The notes beneath the pieces were generated by a model. That model was not told where the DNA came from. It made no database searches and saw only the letters and a program-made list of their open reading frames with translations. 64,000 bases of DNA from an uncultured bacterium (GTDB lineage Bacteria > Zixibacteria > MSB-5A5 > UBA10806): positions 32,001 through 96,000 of the forward strand of contig CBEUCH010000010.1 of assembly GCA_965541585.1 (NCBI GenBank), read 5' to 3'. Of the stretch, positions 8,860 through 16,691 are shown piece by piece. The position numbers were made by a program, and so were the translations under genes. Each line of letters begins with the position of its first letter. The first letter of the stretch is position 1.

Positions 8860-11072
8860 AAACTGTCTGTTTCTTATTAGTGATATTGCCATTGTCTGGT
8901 ACGTATCTGCATTCGCAGACCTGGATGAGCTTCACCAATACCGATAATGTTCGACAGATTGCCATAGAATCGGATCGGGTCTGGGGCGCCACCTCCGGGG
9001 GAGTTGTCGCATTGACCCCGTCCACGGGCGATATACTCAAATTGACGAATACCGACGGCCTGGGAGGCATTGACTTCAATTGTGTGGAGTCCGACACTGC
9101 AGGCAATATCTGGCTTGGCGCCGCTGATGGCTGGCTTAGCCGATATTCGCCTTCCGGAGAGATCACCAACTATCCTGTTACGGAGAGCCAGGAGTTTTTC
9201 GAGAGGGCTATCACAGTATATGATCTTTTCGTTGATGGCGATCGTGTCTGGATGGCCAGCGATCTGGGGGTGAGCAAATTCCTGATGTACTCGAATGACG
9301 GCGAAATCAAGGACACCGCCCGACGACTCGGTGATATCCCGGATGAGGAGGATGTTGTTTGCCTTTCAGTCATAGGAGACTATCTCTGGGCCGGTACCGC
9401 CCGGGGAATTGCCTTCATAGACAAAGATAATGAGAACATTCAGTATTTTGGGTTCTGGCGGTCGTTTCAACAGGGGGAAGATGGTCTGGGAAGCGGAGAT
9501 ATAAGATCGATTGCCGTGTATCACGATACAGTGATTGCGGGGACCCAGGTCGGCGCATATAAATTACAGGTCTCTCCCGATACAAGCTGGTTAGCGTTCG
9601 GTCTTGCCGGCCGCACGATTAACAGTCTGTTGATGACCGATTCTGTGCTCCTGGCCGCGACAGATGGCGGTGTCTTCCAGTACGACGGTTCAAACTGGGT
9701 AGGACTTTCCACCAGTGGTTTGCCTCAATTAAACGTATCGGATATAGAGGTTAACGCATCCGGAGACCTATGGGCAGGCACTCCCTCATCGGGGCTCGCC
9801 AGATTGATAGATACGCTATGGAATGTCTATACTATTCCGGGGCCGGCGTCGAATTTTATAAGGAATATTGCTATAGATTCCAGCGGCGCAATATGGATGA
9901 CCCACGACGGCAGGGGGATCAGCCGGTTCGAGAATAGCTCATGGACAACCTATAATTCTGCGAATTCAGATCCCGATGATTCGGGGCCCCTCGGCGGATT
10001 GGATGATAATGCCTTGCATAGCATCACTGTGGACACAAATAACGATATATGGGCAGGGAGCTGGGGCAGGGGATTGTATCGGTATAGCCGTCAATCTCAA
10101 TCCTGGTTTCACTGGGAAAATTACAATAGCCCCATGGTTGGAGTGCCACGGAATAATGATTATTGGGCGGCGACAGCGATACAGACAGGACAGGATAATA
10201 TTGTCTGGGTATCCTCTATGGGGGCCGACTCCGGCGTGGTGGTGGGAGCCTTCCGACCGGCCGATTCTTTATGGCATGTTTATCACACAGGCCCTAACAC
10301 CGTTCTGGATAACGACGTTACTTCTCTTCAGATACAGGGCAACTCAATCTGGATCGGAATGGTCAATGGTATTCACAGATTGAATTTCAATGGCACATTT
10401 ACCGATGAATCTGATGATAGCTGGCAGAATTATGTTAGCCGGGAATTCATAGTCGATACAGGTCTTGATCCTTTCGGTAATTTATGGTTTGGAGCTTTAA
10501 CGGGTCTTTATAATTCCTCGCCTTCAACAGGAATCACCCGCCGGGTGGATCTTCCTTTGGAAATTTCGGGTGGCGTCAATGCTGTGGCATCGGATGGCGT
10601 CGGCAATATCTGGGTGGGAACCACTTCGGGACTGGGGGTTTACAGACCCAACGCCTCTATCTGGAAGGCGGTTTATAACACATCCAACAGTCCGCTTCTC
10701 AACAACCAGGTTACGGATATCGCCATAGATGTTCAAACCGGCCTGATATATATCGGAACCTCCGGGGGCCTCTCGATCATGGAATCCGGCGTAGAAGCGC
10801 CATCGGAAGATCTCTCTGATGTAGAAGCATATCCCAACCCGGTCGTTGTTGCCGCAGGAGATAACGCGCTCTATTTCAAAAGGGTCCCTGCCGACGCTAC
10901 CATTTCTATATTCAGCGTAGCCGGGGATCTCGTTTATGAACTCGAGCTTTCATTGCAGGACCACTGGGACTTGAAAAACTCAAAGGGCGGATCCGTTGCC
11001 GGAGGTATCTATATTTTCCATGTGAGATCGAAAAATGCCTCGGGCACTGGAAAATTTGCGATCATCAAGTAA
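8856..11072 (+). CDS. PorZ-like double beta-propeller protein with T9SS-type C-terminal domain
   Basis: Signal peptide; many propeller-blade repeats (GNIWLG, GDLWAGT, GAIWMT, GNLWFG, GNIWVGT, LIYIGTSGGL); CTD YPNP...WDLKN...GIYIF...KFAIIK; 738 aa, PorZ-like in size and N-terminus. Confidence 0.75.
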   Translation: MKTVCFLLVILPLSGTYLHSQTWMSFTNTDNVRQIAIESDRVWGATSGGVVALTPSTGDILKLTNTDGLGGIDFNCVESDTAGNIWLGAADGWLSRYSPSGEITNYPVTESQEFFERAITVYDLFVDGDRVWMASDLGVSKFLMYSNDGEIKDTARRLGDIPDEEDVVCLSVIGDYLWAGTARGIAFIDKDNENIQYFGFWRSFQQGEDGLGSGDIRSIAVYHDTVIAGTQVGAYKLQVSPDTSWLAFGLAGRTINSLLMTDSVLLAATDGGVFQYDGSNWVGLSTSGLPQLNVSDIEVNASGDLWAGTPSSGLARLIDTLWNVYTIPGPASNFIRNIAIDSSGAIWMTHDGRGISRFENSSWTTYNSANSDPDDSGPLGGLDDNALHSITVDTNNDIWAGSWGRGLYRYSRQSQSWFHWENYNSPMVGVPRNNDYWAATAIQTGQDNIVWVSSMGADSGVVVGAFRPADSLWHVYHTGPNTVLDNDVTSLQIQGNSIWIGMVNGIHRLNFNGTFTDESDDSWQNYVSREFIVDTGLDPFGNLWFGALTGLYNSSPSTGITRRVDLPLEISGGVNAVASDGVGNIWVGTTSGLGVYRPNASIWKAVYNTSNSPLLNNQVTDIAIDVQTGLIYIGTSGGLSIMESGVEAPSEDLSDVEAYPNPVVVAAGDNALYFKRVPADATISIFSVAGDLVYELELSLQDHWDLKNSKGGSVAGGIYIFHVRSKNASGTGKFAIIK

Positions 11073-12006
11073 AAGAGAAATCACAAAAATCCCGGCGGAT
11101 ATTTCCCAGATCGAAAGTCTCTGGGGAGGTATCTTTTACCACCCTCAATTCGTCGGCATGGCCGCCGAAAATCTAAATTTACGAGGAGAGTCCTGTTTTC
11201 TCCTGTCGGCGGGAAACTCTATCTGTGCACTGAATCTGCTATTACAAAATAGAGATTTGGTGAGGGCGGCCACTATTCCGCTGATGTTTCAATATTTCGG
11301 GCCGCTTTTCTTAGAAGGGGATTCTGAAGCGCGATCGATGGCTGAGGTCGATAGATATCTCTCAGGGGAATGCGATTTCGTCTATTTTAGCTTTTCACCC
11401 GAATTTCAGCCCGCGGCCGGATTCCCGTCGGGTTGGCATGCAAAAAAGGCGGTTACTCTGGCGCTCACCGTCGATGAACTCAGCACCTGGGGCGGTTGTT
11501 TTCGGGATGATGTTAAAAACAAAATCAGAAAAGCAAAAAGGGAGTCGGTTAGGATTGAACAGGCAGAATCTCTTCCCGAAAAATTATGGTCGCTGGCCTA
11601 TACCCGTAGGGGGCTGAAACCTCCACTGGAACCTCGGGCACTGGCGCGATGGTGCGAGAGTCTTATGACGAATTCCATGCTGAGAATTTACATTGCGAAA
11701 ATAGACGGTAACCCTGTCGCTTTCAGAGGACAGCTCTTGCAGGGCGAATTCGCTTATGATTGGATCGCCGGGTCCGATCCGGAATTTCATGCCACAGGAG
11801 CTAATCAACTGCTGATGGCGGAGATCGGGCATGAACTCGCAGGAGGTGGTCTAAAAATATGGGATCTGGTAGGCGGCCAGATCAAAAGTATTGCCGATTT
11901 CAAGAGATCATTCGGGGCGAGAGAGTTTTATCATTATCAGGCTTATAAGAGCTTCAATATAAAAGGCAAAATATTCGGCGTGATGCGGAAGTTGAAAAAT
12001 GCGTAG
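11035..12006 (+). CDS. FemAB-like/GNAT aminoacyl- or acetyltransferase (VimA-like); start uncertain (ATG 11035 or TTG 11056)
   Basis: KNKIRKAKR, GANQLLM, WDLVGG, IADFKRSFGA motifs typical of the Fem/Acetyltransf_6 fold. Confidence 0.75.
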   Translation: MPRALENLRSSSKREITKIPADISQIESLWGGIFYHPQFVGMAAENLNLRGESCFLLSAGNSICALNLLLQNRDLVRAATIPLMFQYFGPLFLEGDSEARSMAEVDRYLSGECDFVYFSFSPEFQPAAGFPSGWHAKKAVTLALTVDELSTWGGCFRDDVKNKIRKAKRESVRIEQAESLPEKLWSLAYTRRGLKPPLEPRALARWCESLMTNSMLRIYIAKIDGNPVAFRGQLLQGEFAYDWIAGSDPEFHATGANQLLMAEIGHELAGGGLKIWDLVGGQIKSIADFKRSFGAREFYHYQAYKSFNIKGKIFGVMRKLKNA

Positions 12007-13318
12007 TGATTTTGAAACAGTCAGATATGGATACGTCAACCATCGATTCAGTGCTTCCGCTATAAAACACACCTTCGCATATCTTTCCGCTGTAACCGGG
12101 ATCAGGTTCAGGCCATCGTTATCGGATGCTGATCTCTGGCGATCCGATGAGAGCCCGGTTCCCGATAGGGCCAGAGTTCTCATAGGTCAACATACAACTC
12201 AACAACAAAGAGAATCTGCCGGCCATTCGGATACTGTATCTTCGCGACTGATATTGAAGGATGATCCGGTCGAGAAGATTATTGAAAAGCTATCACCGGC
12301 GGCCCAAATGGGTCCCTTCTCCGGTATCGAATCGAGGAATCGAAAGCCGGGCGAGCCGAGACTGACCCGTTTGATTTCAGATCTGGTTAAAGCGCTAACC
12401 AGTACGGGCGTAATCTCACGGAAATCCCGTGAAATTGATCTATGGCCTGATGGCAAGCGATTCGCTCTGGCGGTGACGCATGACGTCGATATTGCGTGCC
12501 GGTCTGTGAAGGGGAGCATTCGGCTATTAATGAAACGGATACCGCCGGGTCGGTTCAGAGGATTGTATGATTCGGTTCGATCTTCGATCGGAGACCGGCA
12601 TAACCCTTACGATAGAGTTTCCGAATGGATAAAGATCGAGAACGACCTGGGAATCAAATCCACTTTTTTCATATTCGCCGGCCCGGATCGGCACCAAGAT
12701 GATCCGAAATACAGGCTTGATGAACTCTCGCATTCAATAGAGGATATTCGGCTAAACGGTTTCGAGCTGGCTTTGCATTCCGGGATAAAATGCAATGAAG
12801 GTGATAGCCTGGCCAACTCCAGATCTGAACTTGGAAATCATGCCGGATTAAATATAGCGGGGTTGAGACCGCATTATCTCTCGGCGCATGTCCCGGAGTA
12901 CTGGAGATCGGCCGCCGAATCCGGCTTTTCCCATTCCTCCTGCCTGGGGTTCGATAATGGTATCGGACATTTCGATGGCATCGACCTGCCATTTATTTCC
13001 TTCGACAGGGAAAATGACAGGGCAATTGACATAGTCGAGATCCCTTTTGCCATAATGGACTGCGGTTTAATCCGAGATGAAGCGGCCGATTCCGAGGGAG
13101 TCATTTCACGCGGCGAAGATCTGATCGATAAGACTGCAGAGTCGGGTGGGATGATAGTCCTGGACTGGCATCAAAGAACGCTCTATGATCCGGACTATCC
13201 CGGGTGGGGAAAGTTATTTCGCAAGATAACGGATTATGCTCTGGGGAAGGGAGCCTATTCTGCTACGATGGAGCAGATATCCTCCTTATTGAAAAATCGA
13301 ACAGGGATGGAAGATTGA
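11999..13318 (+). CDS. Polysaccharide/carbohydrate deacetylase (VimE-like)
   Basis: WPDGKRFALAVTHDVD, STFFIF, FELALH, LRPHYL, IPFAIMD, LDWHQ motifs of a NodB-like fold with an N-terminal extension. Confidence 0.75.
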   Translation: MRSDFETVRYGYVNHRFSASAIKHTFAYLSAVTGIRFRPSLSDADLWRSDESPVPDRARVLIGQHTTQQQRESAGHSDTVSSRLILKDDPVEKIIEKLSPAAQMGPFSGIESRNRKPGEPRLTRLISDLVKALTSTGVISRKSREIDLWPDGKRFALAVTHDVDIACRSVKGSIRLLMKRIPPGRFRGLYDSVRSSIGDRHNPYDRVSEWIKIENDLGIKSTFFIFAGPDRHQDDPKYRLDELSHSIEDIRLNGFELALHSGIKCNEGDSLANSRSELGNHAGLNIAGLRPHYLSAHVPEYWRSAAESGFSHSSCLGFDNGIGHFDGIDLPFISFDRENDRAIDIVEIPFAIMDCGLIRDEAADSEGVISRGEDLIDKTAESGGMIVLDWHQRTLYDPDYPGWGKLFRKITDYALGKGAYSATMEQISSLLKNRTGMED

Positions 13319-14436
13319 GGGTAGCGTACTTCATATTAAATCCATTCGATATCGACACGCGGGCCAGGCTGGAGGTCGAAACTATCGGGCGGATGGGGCA
13401 CCAGGTGGATATCATAGTAACCGTGGGAGCCGAGACTAAAGAATTTCTCGGGTATCCGATTCATCGCATAGCTCAATTGACATGGCCGTCTCGAAAGATC
13501 CGTTTCATCCAGTACAATCTCAAGGCGGCGTTGATCGGGATGAGACTGAAAGCCGATATTTATCATGCAGTCGACGTGGATACGCTGGCTGCCGCCTTCT
13601 GGGCGGCCAATAAAACGGGGGGGAAAGTAATCTACGAGGCCAGGGAATTGTATACGGAACTCGAGCCTCTAAGAGGTCGCAATTTAGTTCGATCGTTCTG
13701 GGGCTATCTGGAGAAGCGGTTGATCGGAAAAGCGGCAAGAGTTGTAACAATTAATGATTCCATCGCCGACGAACTTTGCAGAAGATACCGAATCAGGAGG
13801 CCTGATGTCATCAGGAATGTGGCGAAATCTCCAGTCAGTATAATGCCCGTAGATTTGAGGAGGAAATTCGGCATTCCGGATGACCATAAAATAATCGTCT
13901 ACCAGGGCGTTCTCAGGCGCGGTCAGGGGCTCTTATACCAGCTTGATATCCTGCAACATCTGGAAAAAGTGGTGATGCTGTTTATTGGTACAGGACCGAT
14001 TGAAGCCGAATTGAAAGAGAAATCGTCCAGTTTGAACGTTGAGGATAAAGTCATATTCGCCGGCAGGGTCCCTCCCGACGAGCTCTTGAATTATACCGCC
14101 TCTGCCGATGCCGGTATCTTATTGATGGAGGATATCGCCTTGAACAACAGACTGGCTCTTCCTCAAAAGCTGTTTCAGTATTTGAGCTCCGGCATTCCGC
14201 AGGTTGTCTCTCCGATGCCGGAGATATCGCGTTTTGTCGAAGATGAAAATACCGGCGTGGTGGTTTCATTAAGCGATCCGCAGGAAGCAGCCGATATTAT
14301 TGGAGGATTTATTTTTGATGAAGGCTTATATTCTGCGGTCAGGGAGAATTGCCGGAGATCGTCTTTGAAAAACAACTGGGAAACCGAATCGGTAAAGTGG
14401 ATTGAAATATATGAAAACCTGGAATCGTTAGCATGA
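13315..14436 (+). CDS. GT4 (GT-B) glycosyltransferase (VimF-like)
   Basis: TTG 13315 overlaps the upstream TGA; DTRARLE, DIYHAVD, IYEARELY, VYQG, PQKLFQYLSSGIP. Confidence 0.85.
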   Translation: MRVAYFILNPFDIDTRARLEVETIGRMGHQVDIIVTVGAETKEFLGYPIHRIAQLTWPSRKIRFIQYNLKAALIGMRLKADIYHAVDVDTLAAAFWAANKTGGKVIYEARELYTELEPLRGRNLVRSFWGYLEKRLIGKAARVVTINDSIADELCRRYRIRRPDVIRNVAKSPVSIMPVDLRRKFGIPDDHKIIVYQGVLRRGQGLLYQLDILQHLEKVVMLFIGTGPIEAELKEKSSSLNVEDKVIFAGRVPPDELLNYTASADAGILLMEDIALNNRLALPQKLFQYLSSGIPQVVSPMPEISRFVEDENTGVVVSLSDPQEAADIIGGFIFDEGLYSAVRENCRRSSLKNNWETESVKWIEIYENLESLA

Positions 14437-15380
14437 TCAGTTATTCAATTCTGATTGTTACATATAATCAAAAAGAAACGCTCGGGATGTTATTGGACAG
14501 CCTGGCGAAGCAGATTAAGAATCCGAAGATGTTCGAGATTGTCGTTGCCGATGATTGTTCCGACGACGGCACCGAGAGTTTTATTAAACGGTTGCGTTTG
14601 CCGATTTTTTTGAAGTACACACGCGCCGCCAATAATGTCGGCCGATCAATTATCCGCAATATGGGATTTCAAAAAACGGCCGGTCAAAAAGTGATTTTTC
14701 TCGATGGCGATATGGTGCCCGGTTCCGGCTTTATCGATTCCTTTCTCGGTTCCTGGGTCAAGCATCCTTCCGCGGTTATCGTCGCGTCATGGCGCAACCC
14801 ACCTCAATGGGAAAATGACCGTCTGTATAATTATCTTTCATCGCGCGGCAGGCTGGCCGCAAAGTCGGAAGTTCAAATCCCGGGCAAGTATTTTACCAGC
14901 GGCAATTTCTCCATCGATAGAAATGTTTTCGAAAGACTATCGGGTTTCGAGCTTTCATTCGAAGGCTGGAAAGGTGAGGATACGGATTTTGGGCTGCGGC
15001 TGGAAAAGGAGTCGATCCCGATATGGCATAACCCCGATGCTGTATGTTATCATTACCACAGGAAGTCTCTCGAAGGTATGCTGTCAGAATATGAGAGATT
15101 TGGGCGATCCAGCTTTCGAGTGCTGCTCGAAAAGCATCCCGATAGGCTCATTTTTGAAAAAGGCTGGATTCTGGGATTGCCCGATCCGAGAGCCGGGATG
15201 TTGAAGAAAACTGTTTCAAGAGTGCTGTCTCCCTTGCGATCCGATTCCGCCATTTCAATGCTTAAAGCGCTCGAGAGATTTGCCGGCGGCGCCCTATTCT
15301 TTAATATCTGTTACGATTGGCTGTTCTACAGTTGTCTTGCCCGTGGATATCGAGAAGGACGAAATAAACCGCGAAAGTAA
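14433..15380 (+). CDS. GT2 (GT-A) glycosyltransferase
   Basis: SILIVTYN, VVADDCSDDGT, FLDGD (DxD), GFELSFEGWKGEDTDFGLRL. Confidence 0.9.
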   Translation: MISYSILIVTYNQKETLGMLLDSLAKQIKNPKMFEIVVADDCSDDGTESFIKRLRLPIFLKYTRAANNVGRSIIRNMGFQKTAGQKVIFLDGDMVPGSGFIDSFLGSWVKHPSAVIVASWRNPPQWENDRLYNYLSSRGRLAAKSEVQIPGKYFTSGNFSIDRNVFERLSGFELSFEGWKGEDTDFGLRLEKESIPIWHNPDAVCYHYHRKSLEGMLSEYERFGRSSFRVLLEKHPDRLIFEKGWILGLPDPRAGMLKKTVSRVLSPLRSDSAISMLKALERFAGGALFFNICYDWLFYSCLARGYREGRNKPRK

Positions 15381-15404
15381 TCTCTATTTGCTAAAGGATC
15401 TCTG

Positions 15405-16589
15405 ATGAAGCTTCTGGTTGTATCAAGCAGTTTTCCCATGAAAGTGGGCGATGGCTTATCGCCTTTCATCTGGGAATATTGTGTGCATCTAAAGAAGCGC
15501 GGTTGGGATATCACAGCTGTCGTGCCGCATCATAGAGATCTTGAGAGAGAGGAAATCTGGAACGACATAAAAATCATTAGATTTAAGTATCTTCCCCAGG
15601 GGCTCGAAGATATGGCATACTCGGGTGGAATAATACCCGGTATAAGAAAGAAACCGTGGAAAATCATCAAAGTCCCATTTTTCATATATTCGATGTATAA
15701 AGAGACGCTCAGGTTACTGAACAGAAATGATTTTGATCTGATCAATTTTCACTGGCTGTTCCCGGTCTGTTTCTGGCTCGGACGGTTCAGCCGGAAATCA
15801 AACGTGCCCATCGTCCTGACGGCGCATGGAACGGACGTTCGTCTGGCTTTAAAAAAACCGTTCGGCCTGTTTGCAAATAATGGATTGAGAAAATCGGCGG
15901 CTTTGACTTTGAACAGCAGATATATGAAAGGTCTTTTGAAAGAATTTGACCTGCCTGCAAGAACAGAGATAATACCGATGGGAGTTGACACCGAGATATT
16001 TCATCCCGGTTCGCATAAACCGTCCCGATCCAGAAAGATCATTTTCCTGGGGAGATTGATCAAACAAAAGGGGATCGATGTACTACTCGATGCTTTCAGC
16101 AGCGTGTTGGAAGAGATTCCGGAGGCCGAACTCGAGATTATCGGCTATGGCCCTGAAAAAGATAGTCTCGAAAAAAAGGTCAAAGAACTCAGAATGGAGA
16201 ACTCTGCAAGGTTTTGCGGCCGAGTACGTTATGATGAGCTGCCTGAAAGATACCGTAGCGCCAGGGCGCTGGCTTTTCCGTCCGTGACACCCGAAGGATT
16301 GGGGATCAGTGCGGTTGAGGCTGGCGCGTGTGGGGTTCCGACAGTTACATTCGGCCTGGGCGGTACTAAGGAGCTGGTGGTGCACGAGGATACCGGGCTG
16401 GTCGTAGAAAAAAGTAGAGATGCACTTGCCGAAGGCCTCATTAGAATCCTAACCGACGATGATCTCGCCGATCGGCTGGGTGAAAATGCACGCAAAAAAG
16501 TTGCAGAGCAGTATAGCTGGGATGTTATATCAAAGAAATTCAATAGTCTATTCAGAGAGATAATTGGGGAGCCCGTAAAAGGGAAATAG
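15405..16589 (+). CDS. GT4 glycosyltransferase
   Basis: TAHGTDV, IPMGVD, FLGRLIKQKG, EGLGISAVEA (EX7E), YSWD. Confidence 0.92.
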   Translation: MKLLVVSSSFPMKVGDGLSPFIWEYCVHLKKRGWDITAVVPHHRDLEREEIWNDIKIIRFKYLPQGLEDMAYSGGIIPGIRKKPWKIIKVPFFIYSMYKETLRLLNRNDFDLINFHWLFPVCFWLGRFSRKSNVPIVLTAHGTDVRLALKKPFGLFANNGLRKSAALTLNSRYMKGLLKEFDLPARTEIIPMGVDTEIFHPGSHKPSRSRKIIFLGRLIKQKGIDVLLDAFSSVLEEIPEAELEIIGYGPEKDSLEKKVKELRMENSARFCGRVRYDELPERYRSARALAFPSVTPEGLGISAVEAGACGVPTVTFGLGGTKELVVHEDTGLVVEKSRDALAEGLIRILTDDDLADRLGENARKKVAEQYSWDVISKKFNSLFREIIGEPVKGK

Positions 16590-16593
16590 CATT

Positions 16594-16671
16594 TCTCAGG
16601 ATCCCGCCGGATGCCCGAGACATATAAGTACAGATCCTGCCTCCGGCCGTTTGACCTGGTGAGGCAGGATC
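16594..16671. repeat. Two adjacent hairpins between convergent genes (REP-like or terminator)
   Basis: Imperfect TCTCAGGATCC-CGCC-GGATGCCCGAGA hairpin, and a perfect 11-bp stem GATCCTGCCTC (16633-43)/GAGGCAGGATC (16661-71); no poly-T tail. Confidence 0.55.
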
Positions 16672-16691
16672 CGCATGGGAGAGATAAATGA

